Part shown: piece after piece, positions 1-13,693 of the stretch
Position numbering within the stretch: the first letter of the stretch is position 1
How the letters are laid out: each line of letters begins with the position of its first letter
Source: the human T2T-CHM13v2.0 reference genome, Homo sapiens
DNA length: 64,000 nt
NCBI RefSeq assembly: GCF_009914755.1
Contig: NC_060936.1
Reading direction: 5' to 3' (one strand)
The notes under the pieces: model-generated
Told to the model about the DNA's origin: nothing
Seen by the model: only the letters and a program-made list of their open reading frames with translations
Database searches by the model: none
Position numbers and translations under genes: made by a program

Positions 1-2087
1 GGCACTGTGGGAGGTAGACACTCTCCAGATGTACTTTTGAAGCTAAATTATAGAAAATCTCTCATGCTGACTGAGTTCAGAATTCATCTCAAAGTAATAG
101 GGAGCCATTGAGGGTGGTTGAGATGATGGGGAAATGTTGTCAAATGCTCAAAGCCTAAGTAATTGTGAGAAAAGTGGCAAAACAAGAACACTAATCAACC
201 ACCATGCTAATGATTCCTCCTCATTGATAGGTCTTCGGATTTAACATTCCATATCCAGATGTCATAGATCCACACAAGCATAGATTTACTTGCCAAAAGC
301 TGTGTTTTGCTCGAAATTTTTTGCCACTGCAAATATGTCAGTGTCCCCTCTGAAACACCTATCAAAAGAGTCTGACCTTAAAAATATAACAAATGAAAAA
401 CCTTTTCTCAAAATGTAGAGTTCAACTAGGCATTAGTTTTCTGTTTCTAGTATTTCTATTTGTTTCTTCTAATATGAAATTCATGATAGAGGATTGGCAT
501 ATAATGTAAGAGTATCTTTATTATTCATTTGAATTTCTTTTGTAAAAATTCTGTTTTGTGAGGTTTTCATGCCAGGTATTTTCCATTTTACTTTCTTTTT
601 CCCTTTGGTATGAAATAAAATTTTTCTAGCACTACATCTGGAAGCCAGTCAGCCAAGGGAATCAAAGGGGACAAAAGGAATAGACATGTTCCCATTAATA
701 TACATACTTACGAGATTAGTAGAGTGATTGGTCAAACATTTATCTTTTATTTTCTGCAGAGATAGACATCTGTAGAAATTTTTAAAAGTTAAGCATATAA
801 TAGAACCCTTTTCTAAGCAGGGATTCAAAAGCCTCATGAAATTTTCTACGTTTTTTAACTCTGAAAAGGAAATACTTAATATGTGCACCAATGTATGTAA
901 AAATCATGTGTCCACCATTTCTACCATGAAAACTCATACTTGTTCTTCCCTATTTACCTTAAATGTCAATTTTTTGGTGAGGTCTACTATATTTGAATCT
1001 TTTTTATTTCAAGGGAAAGAAACCAAACTCGAACTAGCTTAAGGAAAAAAAAAAGGCTCATATAAATTAAATTGAAGTTTTGACTTATATCCTCCAAGCT
1101 TAGCAACCACAGCAGAAAGAGTGCAACTTTTTCATCACAATTCCACCAAGAATCCTAGATTTACCTTTCACAGGACTAGGTTGAGTATTATGCCTATCTC
1201 TGGGCTCATCACTGCGGTTGGGGCATGTAATGCTCTAATTGGTCTGAAGGGATACTGTCTCAGCAGTCAAGTGGGAAATCAGTTCTGGACAGAGAAAATA
1301 ACAGGAGGAAAGGTCAAAGGCTTAGAATCAAAAGAGCATGGAGTGTCTGGGGAATTACAAAGTATATTGTTAAGGAAAAACATTTAGAAAGGGGGGAAAT
1401 GCAGAGATGAGGCAGCAGAGTTAGCCTGCGACTGGATGATGAAAGACCAGGAATGTCGTGCTTAAGAGTTTGGTGATTATCCTGAAATTAGGAGGGCAGC
1501 AGTTGAAGGATTTAAAGCTAGGGACTAATATGGTTATATTTGCATCATTAGTTAGATAATTCTTTTTGTTTGTTTGTTTTTTATTTTTTAGTTAGATAAT
1601 TCTTAAAGCCAAGTGAAAGATGGATTGGAAAAAGGAAAGTCTATACTGCATAAAATTTGGATCTATATTAGAGCAGTTATACTATTAAATTGTAACAATT
1701 GTTCATATGCCTGCTTTCCACACTTGACCCCCTGCTCCTCAAGGGCAGAGGAATTTTTTTTTTAATTCATCTATATAGTCCTATTCTGTCACTTAGATGC
1801 CAAACAAAACTCAATAAAATAAAATTACTTTTCAGTAAAATGACCAGAAGTTTTCTATATAAATCAGAAATGAAGGGAAAAGATATTACTGCAAATTCTA
1901 TGTTTTAAAAATTCTATGAAAAAAGGCATAAAATATTAATCTAGGATTAGTTTGAGACATTAAAATGTACTGAACAATTACATACACACTTTTTCTCTGG
2001 ATTGGAGAGTTTGTTTTGCTTTAGAAAGACTGTTGCAAATGTGGTAGCTCATGCGCCATTTTATTTTTTTCAATTCATGCCCTACAA

Positions 2088-2426
2088 CAGGAGTTGGCAA
2101 ACTTTTTCAGTAAAAATTCAAGGAGTAATTATTTCAGTCTTTGTAGGCCAAATGGTCTCTGTTGCAGCTATTCAAATCTGCCATTGTAGCATAAAAACAG
2201 CAATACACAATTCATAAACAGATTTGTGTGGTTGTGGTCCAATAAAACTTTGTTTATGAATACTGAAATTTGAATTTCATGAAATTTTATGTCACAAAAT
2301 ATTGTTATGCTTTGTTCTTTTACCAGCCATTTAAAATATAAGAACCATTTTTAGTTCACAGGCCATATCAAAATGAGGTGGCAGCAGGCAGGATTTGACC
2401 CCCAGGCTGTAGTTTGCCTACTTCTG
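2088..2426 (+). mobile_element. MER58B-like hAT-Charlie MITE
   Basis: TIRs caggagttggcaaact / agtttgcctacttctg; internal ccaataaaacttt. Confidence 0.85.
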
Positions 2427-4299
2427 CTCTACTAAATCTGGAGTAACTGATTTTGTTCACATCAATATCAACTAGCATGTTGTGTGCCTGCTATGTTCTC
2501 ATAGTTTAACATCTTTTTCTTTTTGTTGAATTTTGTTCAGATTATATGTTCATTAAATGCTATCACAATACCATCATCTTTCCATCTTTGAAAATTCAGT
2601 TCAATATTTTCTCCATTTTATCCTTTAAAGTACTTTAAACTTTATTTTAAAATAAATGAATAATAAAAACACTTCTTGTTGTGATCATAAAAAGCAAGAC
2701 TCCAGCCTATCTTGATTCTAATTTATCCTAATTATAATTTAAAAAGATAAGCAAGATGTTCATACAGACTAATTATACCTGGCAGACCAGTGAGTACTTA
2801 TATTTATTTATTATGTTTATTAATCATCAACTTGCAATTTAACTTCTGAATAAGTAGTTAGGAACCCAACGTGAGATTTAAGCGATGTGGGAAAATCCTC
2901 CTGCCCCCAGATACTTCCCTTTGCCCTAGCATGGTGCCAGAAATACTAGACGTTCGTTTATTTGAATCTCAACTGATCAAGTATTCATTCCTTTGTGTAG
3001 GGCTCTCAGTTTTATTTTCTAACACCTTAAAAGATAAAGAATAGCAGTCAATTGAAAGCAAAAAATACACATAGGACTGAAACACTATATATAGGCTCCA
3101 ATCCTGTGGCTACAGGGTAGGAAGAAAGAGGAGAGAAACAATGGAAAGGAGGGCATTAGGAAAAGAGTCTTGAAAGAGAAGGTAGAACACAGAGAAGAAA
3201 GCTATTTCTGATTTCGTGCTTATGCCTAAAATAATCCTCACAGTCCTGGATTTCCTGTGCGAGTCATGGCATAATGTTTCAATTGTTTAAAATATTAGTC
3301 TTCTTTTTTATGTGACACTACCTATTGATAAGATTGCTAAGGGAATAAATAAAATTATTCTTATTTCCTGAGTCTTTTATCCCCTTTCAAAGAGTCAAGT
3401 TCCCAAACAATGGTAATAAATGAACCGTGATAGAGCAATCTGGGGAAAGTTTTACTTGACCTGTAACTTAGCTTTGTAAATAATTCTAGACAGTCATGAA
3501 ATGACTATGCTTGAAAGATAATTGCTCATTGAGGTAGCAAATAAACTCTGTTTATACAATTCAGCAAGAATATAATATCCACAAAAGAATTTACTTTAAA
3601 ATTATAGTTTCTAACTGTCATTTGAATGTATAATTTGTATAGGATTTTTATATACCAGGATAATTGTATAACTTTACATTTTACAAAATATATGTTATAC
3701 ATTCTTTAAAGAAAGAAGAGAAAATAGTTTAGTATTCCAGGATTTTTAAATTTTATTTTTTTGTGAAGGGACACAGAGAGAGGGCAAAGGGAGGAGGCAG
3801 AGTTTGGGATGACACGATCAACCGAAATCGGGAAAACAAACTATAAGTGAGAAAGACACAAGTGCTGCCATCCCAAAGAATAATGCTTTGATGTGTGGGA
3901 GCAAAGAGAGGGAATGAAAGACACAATACACTATAACAACAGAGGGTTTTATTTTTCTTTTTTCCTAGTGGAATAGTCTTCCTGGTGTCTATCTTTCATT
4001 CGTGCATTCCAAAATATTTATTAACTTTACTGAACGATAATTTGTTACATATTATACTAGATGTTTTAAATACTAGGATAAATAATATACAATCCCTGAC
4101 TCCACGGACCTGGAAATCTCATTAGTGAAAGACATGGACATGTAAACAAGTTATTTTTTACATTACAAATCAGAATGAGGTAAATCAAATATATGTCTAT
4201 ATAGTGCACTTTGGGTAATATCTACAAAAATGATCAAGAGATAAGAGCCTGTGAATGATAACATAATGGAGGCTCCTTGGGTGTTGAATTTTATTTAGA

Positions 4300-6660
4300 A
4301 AACCAGAGGGTAAGTGTTTGAGCTGATTCTAATAATGCTTTGAAAGTGTTACTTGTCTTAAACACTTGGGGCATAAGATAGAAGATGAGACCATGGACCT
4401 ATTGAGTGGGAGATTGGAACTAAAACTCCCACATCAACCATAATCTTCAATGTATTGCATTCTCAGTAGAAAGGTAGGTTAGAACGATGGGCTAGTCACA
4501 ATTCTTATTCTGATATAGAGATAAGATTGGGAACTTGGTGTTTCCATTTGGGATCCGAGAGGCAAAATCTCCTTGGAGATTTTGTGACTGCATTCATAAA
4601 CACACACAATGTTAAAATTTGAAATTTATACTACAAAAATCATTTGAGAACACCCAAGCCCAAAAATTAATATAACAATCTGTCCCTAGGAATCCCAAAC
4701 ACAGAAATGCAAGAAAAAATACTAAAACCCTCTAAAATTAGCTCATAGTTTTGAAAAAAGTATAAAACAATAAAGAGTTGAGCAAGAACCAATAGAGAAA
4801 TAGAAGCCCAAGAAATTGATAGAAAAACAATATGAAAGAGAATAAAAAATTAACACATGTAAAATGGAAAAAGGCCAAAGACATACAACATTAAAAAATA
4901 AATTTCTAGAAAAAAATACCAGTGACATGGCATTAAAGAGAGACATCGCTAGGAAGCAGGTTTCTGCATAGGTGAATATGTACAAAATGACTCTTGTCTT
5001 TGTTGTTTTAATGTCTAGATAATTAATATAAAAACATAAGAAAAGGAACTGCAATTCTAAATAAAACTATTATAAAAAAACAAATTGAATGAAGAAACAA
5101 ACAGAATTTGTTCATGAATTGTTTTTTAAATTTTATTTAATTTCCTATCTGTATTTTCTTGTAATTTTTTGAAAACTTTAGGAAGTTTATTCTGAATTCT
5201 TTGTCAATTATTTCATAAATCTCTATTTCTTTTGGCTCCATTACTGGAGCTTTATTAGTTTTTTTGGTGGCATTATATTTCCATGGTTTTCCATAACTCT
5301 TGTGTCCTTAGGTCATTTGAGGAGATGGCCACCTCTTCTGGCCTTTGCAGGTGTTCTTTTGTAGTAAAGCTTAACTATTTAGTCTAGCCTGATATTCTGG
5401 ATGGGTGGTCTGGCAGCAATCCCAACAGGAAGACCTTAACAAAATACTAGTGAACCGAATTTGACTACATAACAAAAAGAATCCATCATAATCAAGTGGG
5501 TTTCATACCAGGGATGCAGGGATGGTTTAACATACGCAAGTCAATAAATGTGATACATCATATAAAGAGAAATAAAAACAAAAATCACATGGTTATCTCA
5601 ACAGTTGCAGAAAAAGCGTTTGACAAAATCCAGCATCCTTTATGATTAAAACCATCAGCAAAATTGGCATACAAGGGACACACCTCAACACAATAAGAGC
5701 CATCTATGACAAACCCACAGCCAACATAATACTGAATGGGGAAAAGTTGCACAAATCTTAAGAACAGAACTGAATATATTTTACACATGCATGAACATGG
5801 GCAACCATTTTGCACATCAAGATGCAGAACATTGATGCATGGATTCATCAGCAGAGAATGGAAGCCTTATTTCTCAAGGTGTTTGAGGACAACCTTTGTC
5901 CAATCACTGGATGATGACTAAGATATGCAGACACAAAGGCAAACTCTAGAAGACCAAACTTAAAAATAAAAACAGATCATATGAGAAAAGAAAAGGAGGC
6001 AGAGACATCAGTGGCCACACAATACAAGAGAGAAAGTTTTCACTGACCACCTCAGCAAGTTTCTTCAGGAAAAAAATGTCAGAATCTAGCATTGATACAA
6101 TTTACTAATCTAAAATGTCAGCTTTTCAACAGAAATTTATGAGACAGAGTTTAACCTACATTCAGGAAAACAAGTAGCCAATACAATCTGTTTTTGAGTG
6201 TTCCCAGATATTGGATTTTGCAGACAAAGACTTCAAAGCAGCTATTTAAATATATGTTCAAAGAACTAAAGGAAACAATGCTTAAAGAATTAAGGAAAAT
6301 CATGACAGCAATGAGTTTTAAAAATAGGGATTCTAATTAAAGACATTACATTATTTTTAAAAATAAAATAAAATTTTATAATTAAAGAGCATAATGATTA
6401 AAATCTTTTAAAATTACTAGAGGGCCTCAACAAATTTGATACAGCAGAAGAAATGATCAATGATTTGAAGACAGAATAATAGAAATTGTTCAACCTGAAG
6501 AACAGAGAGAAAAAAGATTGAAAAAAACTGAACAGTTAAAGACACCTACGGGACAACATTTGGCATAACAATATATACATAATGGGTGTCCAAGAAAGAG
6601 AGAAAAGAGAGAAAAAGGAATGGAAGAATGTGAAGAAATCATGTTTAAAACATCTTAAAT
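4300..6660. mobile_element. Fragmented old L1M pieces, including a minus-strand piece at ~5150-5430 and a plus-strand L1PB-like RT piece at ~5433-5749
   Basis: caagtgggtttcataccagggatgcagggatggtt (RT region) and cagacaaagacttcaaagcagctat (L1M ORF1 region). Confidence 0.7.
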
Positions 6661-8044
6661 AAAAATACAATCATAACCCATTGTATACATTTTTATTTTT
6701 GTAATTTATTTTATTGAAGAAATGTAGTAGTTACTAATTCAGCTGAATACTGGTAGACTGTATAGCCTCTTTCTGCAATATTCTGTGGACACAAGATGGG
6801 ATTCTGTTCATTATGAAATTTTATGTAATAGAATTGCCAACACCATTTGCTCACATCTAACTACAATCAATTCTCCTACTCACCCACATCCCTCAACATT
6901 TCACCTTTTGAAGTTCAGTTGAGGTATCACCTATTCTAAGAATTATTTTCCTAACATCTGCTCTCCCAATCCTTCTCAGAATGGAATAGGTACACACAAA
7001 TTGTGCTTCCAAGCACTCTATGAATATATTCAGTATTTCGCTAAAACATATCATTGTTTTATAGCAAATGGCTATATGATTTTCTTTTCTCCACTAGAAT
7101 GAAACACATGGATTGTGTTTTATTTATTTTTCTATCCCAAATGCTTATTTTAACATCTAGTAAATAAAAAAATTGATTTATTTATGGAGAGAATGAATAA
7201 ATGACTGAATGTAGGATTTAGGATAAATATCATTTTAAAACACATCATTCATATTTACTCTGGAGATAATTTCATAATGGAACAAATATAGAATGTGTTT
7301 CTATAATCATCTATGAAAGAGGTGAAAACACTGGTTAAATACTTAGGTTCTGTCCTAATACTTCCTGATTTCCTTGTGTCTTCATCTTTTAGTAGCTGGG
7401 AAAATATCTTTCTTTTAAGGTCTCAGATTCTTCATTTGTAAAATAGAGATGGTTATTGTAAGGGTTAAATAAATATATATAAAGCAAATAGAAGAATACT
7501 TGGAAACAGTTGGCCCCCAAATAGCTGTTAATCATTAATTCATTGTTAAATAGATGTGTAAACATAAATCAAATATAGTTTATTAAAGCATGACTTGTAT
7601 TAAAAGGCAGAAAAAAAAAAGATTCAGAACATTTCCAGCACCCTAGAAGGTTGCTTCCCAGTTCTTACCTCTTTCCCAAGGGTAAGCATACTCTGACCTC
7701 TATTATCATTGATTAAATTTGACTGTTATTTAATTATGTATAGAGAGGATAATATGACATCTTTTCTTTATATTTGACTTCTTTTATTCAATAATATATC
7801 TGTAAGATTAATCCCTTTGTTTCGTGTATCAATAATTTGTAATTTCATTCATGTGTAGTATTTCATTTTATGAATGTAATACAATTTATTTACCCATTCT
7901 ATTTTTGATGAACATTTGTGCTAGTTCCAGTTTTTTGCTACTACAAATAAAGTTGTTATAAACATTTTTGCTTATGTCATTTGGTGCACATAGAAATGGA
8001 TTCAGGAGTGGAATTTCTCTGTCATAGAGTGTTCCTTTTAGTTT

Positions 8045-8166
8045 TCTTACAGATGGAGTATTGCCATATTTTCCAGGCTGGACTTGAACTCTCTTGGACT
8101 AAAGGGATCCTCCTGCCTCAGGCTGCCAAACAGCTAAAACTACAGGCACATGCCACCATGCCCAAC
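8045..8166 (-). mobile_element. FLAM / Alu left monomer
   Basis: Monomeric Alu-like sequence inside an L1M. Confidence 0.75.
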
Positions 8167-8976
8167 TTGAGTACCTTATGTTTTGTTTTTTTAAAGACTG
8201 TCTTCCAAAATGATTCTTCTAACTTACATTCCTCATCAATGTAACAGTTTCAGTTGTTCCATATCCTTGCTAATGCTTATTGTCAGTCTTTTCAGCTGTT
8301 CTAGTAGGTAGTGTTATTTTATTGTAATTTTAATGTGAATTTATTTGATAATTAATGTTGCATATGTTTATAGACCTTTTTGATAGTCTTTCTTGTAGAT
8401 TGGTTCTTCAAGTCTTTGCCTATTTTAAAACGAGATTATCTCTACTTTTATTAATGGTTTAAGGGTCTTCTTTATACATATCAGATATAAATCCTTTCAA
8501 TTGGGGTCAATGAAAGACTGTTTGCACTCCTATGGCTGGAGACTCTGACAGTATCTGTCTGGTGAAATTTCTATAGACCAGTGACTGCTTTGTATCTTTC
8601 ATTCTGTCCTGTTTGTAATTAGATGGCTTTTGTCCCATCACTTCACGTATTTCAAATACTTTTTCCAATCTGTAGCTTACCTCTTTACCCTTTCAATGAT
8701 GGCTTTTTTATAAACAAAGTTGGTGATTTTATAGAAGTATATTTTATCAATCACTTCTTTTAAGGTTAATGGCCTTTGTGACTATGTAAAAAATATTTGC
8801 CTATCTCAAGGTTATAAAGATATCCTGTTGTCTCATAGAAGTATAATTTATTTCACATTTAGGTCTATGGTCCATCTTGAATTAATTTGTACATGCGGTT
8901 TGAAATAGTGGTTAAAGTTCATTTTTTACAACATGGAAATATAGTTGCTTTGACAGCATTTATTGCAAAGACTACA

Positions 8977-9486
8977 TGTGCCAGTTATTAGGGTGTCTTT
9001 CAGCCCCAAACCTTCCCATCTATATGCTGCTTTGGGATGGTGGGTCTGGGACTTTGCAAACTACACTTCTGCTTTACCAGTTGGCTTCCAGTTAGGCTCT
9101 ACCAATAGGGATTGAAGGAGGCTTCAAAGCTGGAGAAGGAGAAGACTTGTTTCTTCTTGTTTGTTTTGAGGACTTCTCTGGCTGATGGTTTCTGTGAGTG
9201 TCACCCCATTCCTGTGAGGCCGGGGTCCCAGTCTCACAGGCCTCCTCCCTCCAAGATCATAAGCACAAGCACCAGCTGGGCATCAGCCTGCAAGCCCTTC
9301 TTTAGTTTTCAAAGCTTTTCCCTTTGATCCTTCAGCCAGACGTGTGGTAGCTTTCTGAAATTGTGATACCCTACAGTTCTCAATTTACTTTTTAGTAGTT
9401 AATAACATTTTACTCTGTGAACAATGCTTTATATTAAATTCTCTTTGTTCAATTTTCTATCTCCTGACTGAACTTTTACTGATACA
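8977..9486 (+). mobile_element. LTR33-like ERVL solo LTR within an L1M
   Basis: tgtgccagtta...tatattaaattctct...cctgactga...ctgataca termini. Confidence 0.65.
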
Positions 9487-10615
9487 CCATCTGTTCACCC
9501 CCTGAGTTGCAGTGGAATGTTACTGTAAGTCAGGTGACTTCATATAAATGGATATGTTTCTGGCATCTACTCTATGTTTTAAGTCTATTTGACTATTCTT
9601 GTGCCAGTAGCACATTGTATTAATTACTGTATTATTACGCTAAGTTTTAATATCCAGTAGTATCAGTTATACAGCTTTGTTTTTCTTTAAGCATTGTCTT
9701 GGCCCTTCTAGATACTGAATTTCCACCAAAATTTTAGAATCAGCTTATCCATTTTCATTTTTAAAATACACTGACATTTTGAGTGGGATTGTTGTGAATC
9801 TTCAAATCAATTTGTAAAATAACTGAAGTTTTACAATGTGGATTTTTTCATAACAAAGATATATTCATGAATATATCTATTTATTTAGGACTTCCATAAT
9901 TTATCTCAAAAATGTTTTTTAGCTTTCATCATAGTGGTTTTCACATATTTCATTGGATTTAATCTTAGGTACTTGGTGTTTTTGATGCTGCTATAAAAGG
10001 TATAGTTTCCTATTTCATTTTCTACTTGTTTTTTGTCAATATATTAAAAACTATTTCTTATTGGTATTGTATTCACCAACTTTGTTAAATTTATTACTTC
10101 TAATAGTTTATAGGTTTCATTTATTCTTTTATAGTTTTGATAAGATGTGATTCTCAAGAAATGTGTCCTTTTAAACAAAGTTGTCAAATTTATAAGCATA
10201 AAATTGTCCAAAGTTGTCCATAATATCCTCTTATTTTTTTAATAGTCAAAGGTTCAGTAATGGCATCTTTGTTTTACTCTTTATATGGGAATGCTTTTTC
10301 CTCTATTTTATCATGATCATGTTGGATGTTTATTAATTTTATTAGTCTTTTCAAAGAATCAACTTCTGACTTTTGTTTTTCTCTATTAAGTATCTGTCTT
10401 TTTATTTTGTTGATGTTTTCACCTTTAATTTTTCCTCTTCTCTTCTTCTAGTATTTAATTTGCTCTCTTTTTATAACTTGTTGAAGATTAAATATGACTT
10501 CAAAGCATCGATTTGGCTGCATCTCACCAACTTTGATGTTGCATTTTTATTTTCATTTAGTTCACAATATTTTCTAATTTTTAAAAATCATATGTTGCTT
10601 AATTTCCAAACATTT

Positions 10616-11211
10616 TGTTGGCAGCTGTTGTGAGACCTTGGTTCTTGTCTTCTTAGTTCAAAAGAATTTAAACAAAAGATACACAGCAAAGGAGATGGAG
10701 AATAGAGTAATTTATTGCAAAAGAAAATGAATATTTTCAAAGTTAAGTGTAGAATAGACAGTACACCCTGAGAGAAAGAGACAGAATTCAGGGTGGGCTG
10801 CTCATAAGAATGAGATAGCATTGATTATTGCTGGAGAAATGCCTCCTATGAGAGTTTTGCATGATTATTCATAAGGAGGTGGGAAGAGGTGTTACTAGTA
10901 AGCATGTTCTAGGTGGTCTTCTGGATGCACATATGTAGTAGCTGTACATGCTTGTTCATAGATTGCACTTCTCATCAGCATCTTAAATCTCCACCCAGGA
11001 CTGTGATTTTTATTATTATAATGAGTAAAGGGTCAGTTTGAGAACTGGTCTCTACGTGGTCTCTACACGGGAAATTCCCAACTGAAGACAGCTTTGCGTC
11101 AATGAGTTTAACTACAATGCAAATGCTGGGGCTTACTGTGTTGACTGAAGGGTTGCACATTTGCAGTGTCCTGAGGACATGGTTACTTCCTTGACTACCT
11201 ATCCTGCCTCA
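10616..11211 (-). mobile_element. ERV1-class solo LTR (MER83-like, tentative) inserted in an old L1M
   Basis: TG...CA termini, 4-bp TSD attt; the L1M sequence resumes on both sides. Confidence 0.75.
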
Positions 11212-13693
11212 ATTTAAGAATTTTCTAGAACTTTTGTTATTGGTATTGATTTCCAGTTGAATTTTGTGTTGCTCAGAAAACCTAACCAGTATAATTTTAA
11301 TCTTTTTACATTTATTAGTGTTTACTATGTATCCAAACATATGGTCTCTTTTGCCAAATGCTGAGTATTCTTCAGTTGTCTGGTATGATGTTCTATAAGT
11401 GTCAATTAAAGCAAGTGGAGTAATAATGTCATTCAAGTTTTCTATAGACTTATTTTTGTTGCGTCTTCTGTTAATTACTGAAAAAATATTCAACTTCTGT
11501 TAATTACTGAAAGATCTGATTATGGGTTTGTCTGTATTTCTTTTATATTCTGCCATTTTTTACTATGTTATTAGGTGCAAATACATTTTGAATGATTATG
11601 TCTTGTTGATGAATTTATTAAAAGACATAGAACAAATAGAGAGAGATAAAACAGTTTAAAATAAATATGATAAGCTTTCCAAATTAAACAGTAAGCTAAA
11701 TGAAGACCAATCAAAATACCAACAACGTTCTTTTCTTGAAATTGTCATGCTCATTCCATAATTCATATAGAAGAATTAAAAGTCGAAAATAGATGAAACA
11801 ACTCTGATGAATGAATATAAAAAGGGAGGATTTGCATTGTTATTCTTACAATTACAAATATACAGAAATTAAATCAGTATGGTACCATAATAGGGTAAGT
11901 ACAAAAATCAAATGTATGGAAAATAAAATTTAGAACTTATCTATTTTTATGTCTATCTCTCTATCTCTAAGAGTTTGGTATGTGACAGAGGTACCATTAC
12001 AAATTGGTGGGAAAAGATGGATTAATTCATAAATGGTCCCACTATTATTCATTTGGGAGGGGAAAGTGTCATATATCTACCTAATATACAAAAAAAATTG
12101 CACATGAATTAGAGACCTAAGTGTGATTTCTGGTTTGGGAAAAGTACAGGCTAGATACTTTGAGTTAAATTTCTGAGAATGTATATAAATGTTAAAAGTC
12201 TTTTAAAATACTTTGCTAAACTGGCAAAAAAAAAAAAAAAAAAGAAATAAACGGAATGTGTAGAAGCCAAAACTGATGGAATAGTAGGATCATGTGATAC
12301 ATGTGCACTAAAGCAAGCTCTCATCCTAGGGAGTTTGGCTAAATCCTGGACAACTTGAGCTTCCAATTTGATGACTGCATGGGTCAAGGACAGAGGACAG
12401 CACTTGGGTCTAGCCAAAGTGGGGATTCTAACATAAAACTTCCACATAAAGCTGGTTTACCAAAGGGCTCTACCTTCCGTGTCAACAGGAAGAAGAAATA
12501 AACTGGCTATTCAGTATGTTTAGTCCTATGTGAAACTTTCCATTGAGCGAAAGTAAAAAAGCAAAAATCTACCCTGAGGATTTGTAACCACAAGTCATCA
12601 CTCACAGTAGTTTATGAGCTGAATTAGCGCTACCTGTATGGTCTAAAAAAACCTCAAACAGAGGATTTTATTTAAAGTGGTCACAGGTTGTTGGTATCTT
12701 GATAAAATAAACAGAAGTAAACACAAATTATCTTGGAGAACCTCAACTACATTTCAAGCTTCAAAGAGCTCAAATAAAATAAAACCGTAAGGAAAATAAT
12801 CATCTAGCAGTCAAAACACAGCATCAATATTGACAATTGATGGAGTGACAATTGACTGGTGTGACAATTAACAAATTATTTTTGAAAGCAATTTTTCAGT
12901 TTGGCAATACATTCTCAAGTGGCCCAGCATTTCCATTACTAGATGTATTCCCTAGAGAAACTTTTGTATATGTGTACATAGAGATATAAACGTATACATG
13001 ATGTAGAGTACAGCCTGTTAGTTATTCAAAAGTTGAAGTAAATAAGCTGTCTCTCAGTAGGTGAATAAACTATGGTCATTGAAGGCAATTTCTTACAGTA
13101 GGAAGAATTAGCTCCCCTTGAATAAATCTAAAATTACGATGCTGAGTTTTTTTGAAAAAGAATGTGAGCAGGTTGATATCATTCATCTAAATTTCTAAAA
13201 TGCAAATTGCATGGTTATGTATACATATATTTAAAGCACAAAATCATACATGAGAATTGTAAACATTAACCTCTGAGTCATGATTACTTCTGGGGAGATA
13301 AGGAGGAAAGGTTTTGCAAGACAGGAGAAAATAAGACTTTAGCTATGTCTGCAATATTTACATTTTTTTGTATGAGACAGATATAAATTAAATAATGCAT
13401 TTGTACATGGGAGACTATTTTATTCTTTTCTTGTCATATGTTTGAAACTTTTCAAATTATAAAATTTGAAACAAAATGAAAATGATAGGGAATCAAAGCC
13501 AAACTCATGTCTATAGAAGATATCTGTAATTAGTTGCCTTGTTTAATTTTACTCAATTAGGATATAACTAGTGCCAAATAATTCTTTTTTACAATTAAAG
13601 CTCAATTTAAAAATCCTAATTGGGTATGATTTGAAGAAGAAATCCTGAAACTACTACCCAATGTGATCTCACTCACAACCATATTTGTTTCAA

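Larger units (their letters stand above)
7600..13450. mobile_element. Highly degraded L1MC/ME fragments (minus strand ~7600-11600, plus strand ~11620-13450)
   Basis: Typical old-L1 3' end and ORF2 phrases, interrupted by FLAM and LTRs. Confidence 0.6.

Noticed and set aside
11465-11512. 19-bp direct repeat cttctgttaattactgaaa
   Set aside because: It is a small local duplication in an old L1M with no A-tail or array structure; not CRISPR-like.
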